From positions 2,753 through 66,752 of the forward strand of contig JAGGAE010000015.1 of the NCBI GenBank assembly GCA_017889725.1: DNA of 64,000 nt. The letters run 5' to 3'. The notes beneath the pieces were generated by a model. It was not told the DNA's origin. It did not search any database and was given only the letters and a program-made list of their open reading frames with translations. Shown piece after piece: positions 1-9,439 of this stretch; positions within the stretch are counted from its first letter, which is position 1; the number at the start of each line of letters is the position of its first letter. The position numbers were made by a program, and so were the translations under genes. The DNA comes from Bacillota bacterium. Lineage in GTDB: Bacteria > Bacillota > Negativicutes > Sporomusales > CTSoil-080.

Positions 1-174
1 GTAGCAGGAGATGTTGATTACATTCTTAAAGTCCGTTGCGCTAGTACAAAAGACTTAGAAAGACTGATCAGTAAAGAGATTAAATCTTTTCCAGGTATAC
101 AAACAAAGACCATGGTGATTCTTTCAACACTAAAAGAAACTCCCATACTCCCATTAAACTTAGAAAAGGAATGA
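1..174 (+). CDS. Lrp/AsnC family regulator, C-terminal part (5' end outside window)
   Basis: Frame 1 reads VAGDVDYILKVRCASTKDLERLISKEIKSFPGIQTKTMVILSTLKE..., a typical AsnC ligand-binding domain; directly upstream of a LysE gene. Confidence 0.85.
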   Translation, partial: VAGDVDYILKVRCASTKDLERLISKEIKSFPGIQTKTMVILSTLKETPILPLNLEKE

Positions 175-178
175 AAAA

Positions 179-784
179 ATGTTGTTGTGGATTAAAGGGA
201 TAGTTTTAGGCTTTTCTATTGCCGCGCCGGTAGGGCCTATAGGCGTACTTTGCATCCGGCGTACGTTAGCCAACGGGATGAAAACTGGCTTTATTTCAGG
301 CTTAGGTGCAGCAACGGCTGACGCAATATATGGTTTTATCGCCGCACTTGGTCTTTCGGTTATATCTACTTTTTTATTAGATTATCAATTCTACCTACGC
401 CTTATTGGAGGAGGTTTTCTACTCTATTTAGGTTATACGACATGTAAATCTATGCCGGCCGAAGAAGCTGCAAGTGTAAATGGGAAAGGACTTCTCGGGG
501 CTTATACATCTACCTTATTTCTGACTATTACTAATCCGATGACCATAATGTCGTTTGCCGCTGTATTTGCAGGATTAGGAATGGGCCCTATAAGTGAGAA
601 AGATATATCGTCATTCTTTTTAGTTTTCGGTGTTTTTATTGGTTCCATGCTTTGGTGGTTAATCTTAAGTGGAACGGTTAATGTACTGCGTAATACGTTG
701 GAACAAAAACAGTTAAAATGGGTTAACAGGCTCTCAGGGCTTATAATTGCTTGCTTTGGTATATTTAGTCTAGTTTCGGTTTAA
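179..784 (+). CDS. LysE family amino acid exporter
   Basis: GFSIAAPVGP N-terminal motif, TITNP motif, about 6 TM segments. Confidence 0.9.
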   Translation: MLLWIKGIVLGFSIAAPVGPIGVLCIRRTLANGMKTGFISGLGAATADAIYGFIAALGLSVISTFLLDYQFYLRLIGGGFLLYLGYTTCKSMPAEEAASVNGKGLLGAYTSTLFLTITNPMTIMSFAAVFAGLGMGPISEKDISSFFLVFGVFIGSMLWWLILSGTVNVLRNTLEQKQLKWVNRLSGLIIACFGIFSLVSV

Positions 785-884
785 AGCCTAACATTTTATT
801 AGCTCTTTTTCTATTGCACAAATCCATGTAAAAAAAACTTAGGCAAACTGCAACCCATAACCCCCCCCCTGTTTGTGCTACCCC

Positions 885-1208
885 TTAATGTGACGTACCG
901 AACAAATTCAATCCCACGGTTCCGATTATAATAAGTAGAATACAAACTACCTTTGAAATGGATAAGGTTTCTTTAAAAAAGAATACTCCAATAGTTGTAA
1001 TTAGCACAATTCCTATTCCCGACCAAATAGCATAAGCTATTCCTATTTCAATCTTTTTTAAAGCTAGTGACAGTACCGATAAACTTAAAATATAAAAAAG
1101 CAACATTACTATTGAATACTTAATGCTCGTCATTCCCTCAGACAATTTCATCGAAATAGTACCACAAACTTCAAAAATAATTGCCAATCCAAGATAAACC
1201 CAATTCAT
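885..1208 (-). CDS. SMR family multidrug efflux protein
   Basis: WVYLGLAIIFEV (conserved Glu), IAYAIWSGIG; ATG at 1208 follows GAGGTG. Confidence 0.9.
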   Translation of the reverse strand: MNWVYLGLAIIFEVCGTISMKLSEGMTSIKYSIVMLLFYILSLSVLSLALKKIEIGIAYAIWSGIGIVLITTIGVFFFKETLSISKVVCILLIIIGTVGLNLFGTSH

Positions 1209-1385
1209 AAGCACACCTCATAATTTTTCTCTTTAATACGATCTTAAACGCTCTGATAGATACATTTCTGATAACTTCTCTAATCCAAAATCCAAAAATA
1301 AATACTAATGATTTTCTTTTCCCTGCAAAATTACAAACCCAGGAATAACGGGCCTTTCCCGCTTCCTGGGTTTTATTTTAATCCG

Positions 1386-2234
1386 TTAAGAAATTGCGTT
1401 TGGTGTAAGTCCTGTCAATATCTTCTTACATATCAACTGCAGCTGCGTCATTCCCAATGCGTCGCATGGCAAAAATTCTACCAAACTTGCACCTACAAAA
1501 CGAAATTTATCGTTCATATTGTCCAGAACTTCAGTTAATGTTTTCATAGTAATTCCTTCTTTACTGGGCCAAGCACTGAATTTAAAAGCAGTCTCCGTTA
1601 ATACATCCGTATCAATATGAACATAGACATGTGTATAGCCCTTAGATGAAATACTATGAAACACTGTCTCCGGTGATAATTCCAATACTTCCGGCGTTAT
1701 GATTTTTATTCCGGCCATTTTGATATATTCGGCTTCCGGAAGATCCAAATCCCTGGTTCCCGCCAAAATAATCTGGTCAGGCTTTAATTTAGATGGCAGC
1801 ATATGGTCGATTTCAGAATCACCTTCTCCTAATAACTGCCGGATTGGCATACCTGTGAATAATTTGCTTGGTGAACTTTCCGGAGAATTTATATCTCCAT
1901 GCGCATCGAGCCACACCACCACCAAATCGCCATTGAAACGCTGATTAAGATAACCTATGGGTGCTATACTCACACTGCAATTTCCACCTATGGTGAAAAT
2001 CGTTTCGGGATTATAATCGGTAAGCGTTTCGACAGCTGCCCTCAACTGATTTACTATCGATTTGTAGCCTATAATATTTTTCTCTAATTCTAGTTCTTCA
2101 TTCAAATCTACTGGCACCCTCTGCATCAAGAGCTTGTTTTCCAGTGCTTCAGCTAGTTGCATTGCCCCATCATAAACCTGACGCTTAGGCCCGCCTTGCC
2201 ACTGGGGAAAAACCAAATTGAGATGTTTGCACAT
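1386..2234 (-). CDS. Arginase/ureohydrolase family protein
   Basis: PQWQG, GGNCS, WLDAHGD and HIDTDV metal-binding motifs. Confidence 0.85.
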   Translation of the reverse strand: MCKHLNLVFPQWQGGPKRQVYDGAMQLAEALENKLLMQRVPVDLNEELELEKNIIGYKSIVNQLRAAVETLTDYNPETIFTIGGNCSVSIAPIGYLNQRFNGDLVVVWLDAHGDINSPESSPSKLFTGMPIRQLLGEGDSEIDHMLPSKLKPDQIILAGTRDLDLPEAEYIKMAGIKIITPEVLELSPETVFHSISSKGYTHVYVHIDTDVLTETAFKFSAWPSKEGITMKTLTEVLDNMNDKFRFVGASLVEFLPCDALGMTQLQLICKKILTGLTPNAIS

Positions 2235-2462
2235 CTACTTCCACTCCCTTAACCCATTTCTATTCGAAAATAATTCCACAAAAGAGTATACTATCCTTCC
2301 TTCGTCAATAAAGTAACGTTCGCTCAAGCACACGAGATACGGGCAATGTATTCTCGAGAAACTTAAAAGGGCCGTACAGCGCCATCTGTTCCATATTTTG
2401 CGTGTAACTTCTACAAATACTTTTCCAAATCTTTCACCTACAAAAAGAAACTGGATGAAATT

Positions 2463-2526
2463 TATCTATACCCGAAAGTAAAAGAAGCTAGATTTTTCTA
2501 GCTTCTTTTACTTTCGGGTATAGATA
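2463..2526. repeat. Perfect 30-bp inverted repeat with 4-nt loop
   Basis: TATCTATACCCGAAAGTAAAAGAAGCTAGA-tttt-TCTAGCTTCTTTTACTTTCGGGTATAGATA. Confidence 0.95.
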
Positions 2527-2981
2527 CACAATGTATTAAATCTATATGCGTCTAATTGTTATATTTCTGAATATGGAAATGTATCTAAATACCAAAACAA
2601 GTCTTCTCTAATACATATCCTTTCTCAATCTATTATCAAAATGATAGTCTTTAAAACAAGTATCTACGCAATTATAAAACTCAACCATTTTTTCGAAAGA
2701 ATAAGACTGAATTACCTCATTCATCAGGGGAATAAAATGATTCGGAAGTTTATTGCATTTTTTTAATTCGTGTAAGAGTATATTTCCAGTGTACCCGTAC
2801 CGACACCCCTGACAAGAAAATTTCGGCTAAACCACGTCTAGGCGAACATAAAACACACATATAAAACTTACTAGAAACCAGCGAGCCCTTTGAAATCAGG
2901 CTATCAACGTCACTGACTCAACATGCCATATCATAGGCAGACGATACCGATATGCAGAATTAGTCGTTTTACGTAAAAGTT

Positions 2982-3004
2982 CGCCCCCTAAAAGTAAGGG
3001 GGCG
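2982..3004 (-). terminator. Hairpin after the QueG-like gene
   Basis: CGCCCCCT-N7-AGGGGGCG immediately after the stop at 3009. Confidence 0.55.
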
Positions 3005-3008
3005 CTAA

Positions 3009-4049
3009 TTAAATGCTCAACTTCGCGCAAGCCCACTTAGCGATCTCTCTTACTTTTTCGTGTTCATCATCACAAGCGATTTTCAGATATTTTTCGTATT
3101 TAGATTCGAAATTATTCGCCATGGCAATAATAGAATTAGCTTTCCATTTCCAAAGATTTCTTTCCCTGATATACCAAAATTTTGGCTGGATGATTTCTCT
3201 AAAAATTTTATCGTCCATATTAAATACATTTTCTAAAGACATATACTCAGCTATTTTGTTTACATCCGGAAAATCTTCTTCCTCACTTAAACAATTTTTA
3301 TTCATGGGGCAAGCATCTTGGCAGGCGTCGCAACCATAAATACAGCCGCCTATTTTTTCTCTTAACTCCTCCGGCGGCAAATCATCGGCAATAGAGGTTA
3401 AGTAAGTTATACACTTTAGTGCATTCACAGTATAAGGCTTGACTAAAGCTTTGGTTCTACAGGCATCTTGGCATTTAGTGCAAGCGTTAGGGCAGGGCTT
3501 TAGAGAAGGAGTATCTATTAATTCCATCTCTTTATCCACCAGCCAGCTATCCATAACTACCCAAGAACCACTGTTTGTATAGAACAAGCTATTTTTCCTA
3601 ATGACCCCAAGTCCCGCTTTCTGCGCCGCCCACTTGTAGGCAGTTGTTCCAAAACCTAAATCATCTCTAAAAGCCTTTAGCCCTAAGGTATTTAAATAAT
3701 TATCAAACAAAATCCTATTATTATACTCTTCAGTATTCTTTGCCTTCCTGACATCAAACCAATAATGCTTGCCAATCTGGCTGCTAATATTATCAGGAAG
3801 TTTGTATTGGCCATACCGACTAACGCAAATAATGATTGATTTGGCCCATTCATGGGATTCCTGAGGTACGGCATATGGGTAGAGCAGTTTTTTATAGATA
3901 GATTTCAATTCCGGAAAAGGTTCGACATTTTCATTAAGCCTTTCAGCATAACTTTTCATTTCCTCTACTTTTATTATGCCACAGGCTTCATAACCTAATT
4001 CCAAAGCTTTCTTTTTAATTAATTCTTCAATATTATTAACATTTATCAT
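3009..4049 (-). CDS. Epoxyqueuosine reductase (QueG)-like cobalamin/4Fe-4S protein
   Basis: IKKKALELGY..CGI start, AGLGVIRKN, CPNACTKCQDAC and CIYGCDACQDACP cluster motifs, HEAT-like tail; start 4049 or 4091. Confidence 0.8.
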   Translation of the reverse strand: MINVNNIEELIKKKALELGYEACGIIKVEEMKSYAERLNENVEPFPELKSIYKKLLYPYAVPQESHEWAKSIIICVSRYGQYKLPDNISSQIGKHYWFDVRKAKNTEEYNNRILFDNYLNTLGLKAFRDDLGFGTTAYKWAAQKAGLGVIRKNSLFYTNSGSWVVMDSWLVDKEMELIDTPSLKPCPNACTKCQDACRTKALVKPYTVNALKCITYLTSIADDLPPEELREKIGGCIYGCDACQDACPMNKNCLSEEEDFPDVNKIAEYMSLENVFNMDDKIFREIIQPKFWYIRERNLWKWKANSIIAMANNFESKYEKYLKIACDDEHEKVREIAKWACAKLSI

Positions 4050-4299
4050 AAATAATTTTTCTGCCTCCACATTAATAGCATATTTGCCCAAAATTTATTA
4101 AACAATATCATATCAGTGTTTTATATTCGCTATAGTATTTCGGTGAGGGATACTATAAAGCTAACGATGGTGAGTACTAATTATAAAATCTTCAACCGCA
4201 AAAGAAAACTCCTCTACGAGATATAGATCTGTCTCATATTAGGAGGATTTTTGACGGAAGGTTATAGCCTGGATTCCAGACCAGACAGCATATTTTGAG

Positions 4300-5212
4300 T
4301 CAGCGGTCAGCTTGGAATACTAATGTAGTACCAACATTGTTTGGTATAAATGCTTTAGGCATTGCTTGAGCAATTTGGTGGATAGCAGACCAACCAGTGC
4401 AGTGACCAGGCATCTCCACCTGTCAAATGAAAACCACCTAAGACCGCATAAACTTGTTCGCAATCAGTTAGTGTTTGGGCATGACGAATGGTATTGATAA
4501 TTCCAGAATGGCAGCATCCCGTAATTATAACTAAACCCTGTCCTCGAAGATTTATAATAATACATTGATCATCTAATATTACTGGGTCATTTTCCCACTT
4601 GCCATTGCGTTTCGTATAATGGACAGGAAAACCTGTTTCAAAGTTAGTAGTTCTTGCAATCTCCCCAGAAACTAAGATCATATTATCTGCTAAGAGAGTT
4701 GCATCCGTTTTTATAATAGGTGTAATATTTTTTTGTTGGGAAGCAGATAATTTTGGCGCTGAAACACTTACTTCGTATCCACCGGGCATCATTACCTTTC
4801 TTTCTAAAAAAGTATCTGGGTGGGCTATCAGCTGTATCGGCGGGTGCTTTATTTCTTCAAGAAGAGTAGGTAGTCCCATGGTATGATCCACATGACCATG
4901 ACTAAGTATAATGGCTTGCAAGTCATTAATATCAATTTCCATTGTATGCATATTATGTAATATTCCACTAGGGCTAATGCCTGTGTCTAGTAATACTGTT
5001 TCAAGTCTATTTTCGTATTTTACCTGAATTAGGGCTGAAAAACCGTGTTCTGCTACAAGGGGAGAAAATCCATCTTTGGCAATAAGCGGACAACGTGAAC
5101 TATTAAAGCGATGTACTATTTTATTCCCAGTCATAAATGCGTCTATTGTATTGTCCATGATTATTGTTACTTTTACTTCATCAACTTCTAATAATGGAAT
5201 ATTTTTTATCAT
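4300..5212 (-). pseudogene. Metallo-beta-lactamase fold hydrolase, frameshifted by an internal deletion near 4413
   Basis: AEHGFS, LSHGHVDH, TGCCHSG, GGFHLTGG; the expected tail MPGHCTGWSAIHQIAQAMPKAFIPNNVGTTLVFQADR* lies in another frame (4413-4300). Confidence 0.8.
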
Positions 5213-5358
5213 ATAAATTTTCCACCTCTCCTTGAGTTTGGTAAATGATTTAAGAATAAAGAACCCTGCAAAAAATCCTTACAAACACATACCTATTGTT
5301 ACGAATTTTAAGTGCAGTAATTATGCATTAGCTCGTACCTCCTCCATTATAAGATTAT

Positions 5359-5386
5359 AAGACTATAAGTAAATACTTATAGTCTT
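5359..5386. promoter_or_regulatory. 13-2-13 inverted repeat, probable ArsR-family operator
   Basis: AAGACTATAAGTA-aa-TACTTATAGTCTT; partial copies (ATAAGTA, CTTATAGTC) at 5763-5794 in front of the arsR-like gene. Confidence 0.6.
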
Positions 5387-5398
5387 GCCGCGCTTTTA

Positions 5399-5749
5399 CT
5401 ATTGACACTTGTTATTATAAGAACATTGGTCACAAGAGAAATTATGCTGGCATTTCTCAAAAGCTTTCCTAAACAATTCGTTTATGTCTTTTCTGTATTC
5501 TGTCAAAACTTCAGAATTAATTGTATAGAAGACTCTAAAGCCTCTTCGGTTCTCTTCAAGAATACCAATGTTCTTTAAAACCTTTATGTGTTGAGATGCG
5601 GCAGGTTGAGAGATACCCAGTTGTAGGGCTACATCAGAAACGCAAAAAGTTTCATTAATATTTGATGCAAGCATCTTTATTATTTTTAGTCGTTTCTCAT
5701 CACCGAGAGATTTAAGGATGACAGCCATGTTTTTGAGATGATCTTTCAT
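5399..5749 (-). CDS. ArsR/SmtB family transcriptional regulator
   Basis: KSLGDEKRLKII..CVSDVA..ISQPAASQHIKVL HTH; Cys-rich C-terminal tail; TTGACA at 5810-5805. Confidence 0.9.
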   Translation of the reverse strand: MKDHLKNMAVILKSLGDEKRLKIIKMLASNINETFCVSDVALQLGISQPAASQHIKVLKNIGILEENRRGFRVFYTINSEVLTEYRKDINELFRKAFEKCQHNFSCDQCSYNNKCQ

Positions 5750-5824
5750 TAATATACCTCTCATATATAAGTATATAATTATTATCTTATAGTCATGCCC
5801 CTTTTGTCAAGTTACGTATTTCTT

Positions 5825-6105
5825 GCCAGGAACAGCGTTTGAAAAGTTCCGGTGTACCAACCGGTTTGTATATAATTCAACCGTAGCATCATCCACAGCT
5901 TTCCACAGCAATCTTTCGTCTGTTTAGGCAACTCTCTGCCACCTTCAGCGAGCTTCAGACAATTACTGTATTACATCAGTTCTCACCTGTTGCAGTTTAA
6001 GGAGAGCGTTTCAAGACGTTACCCTATCATTCCACTCTTCACCATATCAATTCTTCAAGGTTTTTACCTTGAGCCTAGGCCTTTTCAGCTAGGAACGTTT
6101 CGCAC
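5825..6105 (-). mobile_element. Group II intron 5' fragment (domain I only; no RT ORF or domain V/VI seen)
   Basis: Starts GTGCGAAACGTT exactly where the polymerase frame breaks; followed by hairpins CCTAG-N10-CTAGG and TCAAGGT-AAAA-ACCTTGA and a GGTAAC tetraloop motif; distal boundary approximate. Confidence 0.65.
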
Positions 6106-6142
6106 AGTTATTTAAATCCACATGCAGAATTGTTCGCATCAT
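6106..6142 (-). pseudogene. N-terminal stub of a Y-family DNA polymerase (DinB/UmuC/UvrX-like)
   Basis: MMRTILHVDLNN+T matches the ILHVDxNxF motif I; LexA box and promoter upstream. Confidence 0.75.
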
Positions 6143-6160
6143 TTCCCCTGCCGTATAATT

Positions 6161-6211
6161 AGAACATTTGTTCGATGTCATGATTATACGGCAGATCCAG
6201 ATGAAATTCAA
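6161..6211 (-). promoter_or_regulatory. sigmaA promoter plus LexA (Cheo) SOS box
   Basis: TTGAAT-17-TATAAT (6211-6183) followed by CGAACAAATGTTCT (6174-6161). Confidence 0.85.
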
Positions 6212-6380
6212 GCAAAAACAACACGTATGTCTTTATGGAAAACATTGTAAATTACAATCTACTCAGCACAAAAAATAAAGCCAACACCCCTTTGTCATTA
6301 ACCCTTGAACCTATTCCCTTGTTTTAGCTTTTATATGCCCCTTCTCTCGAAAATCAAGTTCAACTAAAAACCAGACGAAA

Positions 6381-6821
6381 TTAAAACTTGGCAATAACTT
6401 GATTCAATTCTTCTAATGCATAAGGACTGATTTTTAAGGTGTAATCTTTAATACCAGTACCGCCATAAACAAATGAGTGCTCAAAAAGGTTTTTATCTAA
6501 AATATGGGGAAGTGGAATTCCAACTAAAGGAACATTGCCTATGGTATAGCCCATATTCTCAACCTCTTTTGGATTTGCCAGTTTAGCTTCTTGGCAGTTT
6601 AGTATTTCAGCTACTTGTTTAAAATCAACCCTGCCACGACTTCCGGAAACAATGATTACAAAAAAACCAATATCCGTTTTGACAATCAATGTAGGTGCAG
6701 TTTGCCCAATGTCTATATTAAAGTACTCAGCTCCTTCTTGAGCTGAGCGGAGAAGGTTTTTATGATGAATTAATTTATGGGGATATTTGCTTTTATCCAA
6801 AATTGATTTTACATATTCCAT
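6381..6821 (-). CDS. YbaK/ProX-family aminoacyl-tRNA deacylase-like protein
   Basis: SAQEGA, GQTAPTLIVK, GYTIGNVP, YGGTG motifs. Confidence 0.8.
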   Translation of the reverse strand: MEYVKSILDKSKYPHKLIHHKNLLRSAQEGAEYFNIDIGQTAPTLIVKTDIGFFVIIVSGSRGRVDFKQVAEILNCQEAKLANPKEVENMGYTIGNVPLVGIPLPHILDKNLFEHSFVYGGTGIKDYTLKISPYALEELNQVIAKF

Positions 6822-6886
6822 TATAAATCATCCTTTTTCTCTGCAGCATACTTTTTCGGGAGTTATATCTAATGAAGCTTTCGACC

Positions 6887-8044
6887 TTATACACTCAGTT
6901 TCCTATCAAAAAAATTTTTGCGATTTACTATAATTGCTATAAGTGATGCTACACCTCCAAGTAAAACCAATCCAGTCCAGCCATATAGCCCACCTAGTAG
7001 ACTTCCCAGTTTTGTACCGACTGAGCCGCCAAGAAAATAGCTAGTCATGAAAGCTGTATTTAACCTGCTCCTGGCATTTTCATTTAAGGAAAATACTCTA
7101 AGTTGATTTCCGATAATGCTATGTCGAGCAGAGATATCAAGTAACACCATTGATATCGGCAAAATAAGTAAGCTATTTACTGAATAATACATGATGATGA
7201 AACCTACAAGTGAGATTATACCGCCTACCGCAACAACAAATCCCGGAGTATACGTATCGGCAAAACGCCCAACATACGGAGAGACAATAATTCCGGCTAT
7301 ACCGCTTAACCCTAATAAGCCAACCTCATGACTAGTAAGATAAAATGGAGGAAGACTGGTCAAATAGGCTACTATTCCCCATAAAGCGCTATATGCTCCA
7401 AAAATAACAAAACCGCTTAAGCAAGAACGCCTCAATTCTTTTTCGACAAAAAATAATTCAAACGTAGATTTGATTAAAGTCTTATAACTTAGCTGATTAT
7501 TACCCTTATTGGATGGAAACTTAAAATAAACAACCGAAATAATAAATAAATCTATGAACGCGGCTAAAACAAAAACAAATCTCCAGCCAAATATTCCACC
7601 AATATAACCTGAAAATAGACGGGCAAATAAAATTCCCGTTACTAAACCTGAAAGTAATATACCAACTGCGTTCCCTCTTTTTTCTTTACTAACATAAGAG
7701 GAAGCAGCGGGAACTATTATTTGGGCCCCAATGGATGTTAGACCAATAACGAAACTTGATATTTCTAAAAAAATAAAAGAATTACATAGGGAAGCCACTA
7801 GCGATGATAAAAGATTGACGAAAAGTAAACTCTGCAATAATTTTTTCCTATTGAGTTTATCTCCTAGAGGAACTAAAAATAATAATCCGGTGGCATACGA
7901 TAGTTGAACTATTGTAGGTATATTTCCTATCTCATTATGCGTAACACCAATAGAATCAGCCAAAAGCATTAATATTGGCTGGCTGTAATAGATATTGGCA
8001 ACACAAAATGCACATATAACAGACATTAAATACACAAGACTCAT
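6887..8044 (-). CDS. MFS transporter
   Basis: VANIYYSQP, LVPLGDKLNRK, ARSRLNTAFM; about 12 TM. Confidence 0.9.
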   Translation of the reverse strand: MSLVYLMSVICAFCVANIYYSQPILMLLADSIGVTHNEIGNIPTIVQLSYATGLLFLVPLGDKLNRKKLLQSLLFVNLLSSLVASLCNSFIFLEISSFVIGLTSIGAQIIVPAASSYVSKEKRGNAVGILLSGLVTGILFARLFSGYIGGIFGWRFVFVLAAFIDLFIISVVYFKFPSNKGNNQLSYKTLIKSTFELFFVEKELRRSCLSGFVIFGAYSALWGIVAYLTSLPPFYLTSHEVGLLGLSGIAGIIVSPYVGRFADTYTPGFVVAVGGIISLVGFIIMYYSVNSLLILPISMVLLDISARHSIIGNQLRVFSLNENARSRLNTAFMTSYFLGGSVGTKLGSLLGGLYGWTGLVLLGGVASLIAIIVNRKNFFDRKLSV

Positions 8045-8264
8045 ATTCCTAACACTACCTTTCGAGTACGATTCAAAAATTGCGGATTTTTTCCTCTCAC
8101 AACTATTTGAGCAACTGCAAATATTCTTTAGTAATAATATACCAACGCTACTTACCGCCTAAAAACAACTGTGGTAGTGATAGTGTATAATAGTACTACA
8201 GGTGTAACAAGATAAGCATATATCCTAGGAATTTTACTCCTAGTTTGGTAATGAGGAGCGTATA

Positions 8265-9098
8265 ATGATAAATTATGACGATATGCGAAGAAAACAGCTG
8301 GGTAATTTTCTTAAAATAAGACGAGCCAAACTTTCCCCGGAACAGGCAGGTTTTTGCCAAGGAAACCGTCGACGGACCCCTGGTTTGAGACGAGATGAAG
8401 TTTCCCAATTAATCGGTGTTAGCGTAGACTGGTATACATGGCTGGAACAAGGCCGCAACATTCATGTATCATCCAATGTTTTAGAAAACTTGGCAGCACT
8501 CTTTCAATTAAACGCAAGTGAACGTAAGCATTTATTCTTATTAGCACATCAACAATTTCCTTTAGATATTCCGGAAAACCAAAAATTTATAAACCGCACA
8601 CTGCAGCACTTCCTTGATCTTCAAGGAAGTAGTCCAGCCTATGTAACTAATTTAAAGTGGGATATTATCGCTTGGAATCAAGCTGCCTGTGAAGTTTTTG
8701 GCAATTATGGAACTATGTCGATGCGGGATAGAAATACAGTATGGAGAGCTTTTACTTCTCCTTATATGAAACAATTACTGGATGATTGGGTAGGTCATGC
8801 GCAAAAACGATTAGCTCAATTTCGCGCTAGTTACAGTCACTTGTACAATGATCCATGGTGGAATGCCATGGTAGAGGATCTTACACAAATAAGTGATGAT
8901 TTCAAAAATTGGTGGCCACGTTATGATATCCTGGACTCACCTGAGGGAACAAAATTACTTCATCATCCAACGGCCGGGGAGCTGCGATTAAGACATCTTT
9001 CTTTTCGTTTATGTGACGCGCCCAATTTAATAGCTACAGTCCATATACCGATGGATGAAAATACCGCTAATAAAATAGCAAACTTATTAAATAGTTAG
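8265..9098 (+). CDS. MmyB-family XRE-HTH regulator
   Basis: LGNFLKIRR..RRRTPGLRRDEVSQLIGVSVDWYTWLEQGR plus PAS-like ligand domain; divergent from the MFS gene. Confidence 0.9.
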   Translation: MINYDDMRRKQLGNFLKIRRAKLSPEQAGFCQGNRRRTPGLRRDEVSQLIGVSVDWYTWLEQGRNIHVSSNVLENLAALFQLNASERKHLFLLAHQQFPLDIPENQKFINRTLQHFLDLQGSSPAYVTNLKWDIIAWNQAACEVFGNYGTMSMRDRNTVWRAFTSPYMKQLLDDWVGHAQKRLAQFRASYSHLYNDPWWNAMVEDLTQISDDFKNWWPRYDILDSPEGTKLLHHPTAGELRLRHLSFRLCDAPNLIATVHIPMDENTANKIANLLNS

Positions 9099-9128
9099 TA
9101 TATAGCGATTAAAAGTTCCTCATTAATG

Positions 9129-9177
9129 AATTAACTAAAAGCCGTCCATAACGAATGGACGGCTTTGATAGTTAATT
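9129..9177. terminator. Bidirectional terminator hairpin
   Basis: AAAGCCGTCCAT-N5-ATGGACGGCTTT with outer AATTAACTA/TAGTTAATT arms between convergent genes. Confidence 0.75.
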
Positions 9178-9226
9178 ACAGCACCTCCTCAAATGGAAAA
9201 ACGCCGGCACATTGAGTGACAACAGT

Positions 9227-9439
9227 CTATTTCTCCGGCGCCTCTGTCTGGCAACCTATTAACGCATTGAGCTGCCGCTGCTCGTCCGGTGTGAAAGAAT
9301 TCCAAATTGCCCAAAATGCCTGGTGCCACTCGTCAATCACCTTTTGTTTCTCTTCTCTGGTCATAGGCGGCGGCGCTACCACCTGTACAAGACTCTTGCC
9401 GTCATTACAGTAATAGGTCGCCGCAGGCTCTTGTTCCAT
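9227..9439 (-). CDS. Small 70-aa protein, candidate recombination directionality factor
   Basis: GGGGTGGG RBS; divergent from the recombinase; function inferred from position only. Confidence 0.6.
   Translation of the reverse strand: MEQEPAATYYCNDGKSLVQVVAPPPMTREEKQKVIDEWHQAFWAIWNSFTPDEQRQLNALIGCQTEAPEK

Noticed and set aside
2307-2366. Short frame NKVTFAQAHEIRAMYSRET* resembling an HNH-endonuclease C-terminal helix
   Set aside because: Too short, with no start or flanking motif support
1-9100. Intact prophage
   Set aside because: No structural, replication or lysis genes in the visible part of the element
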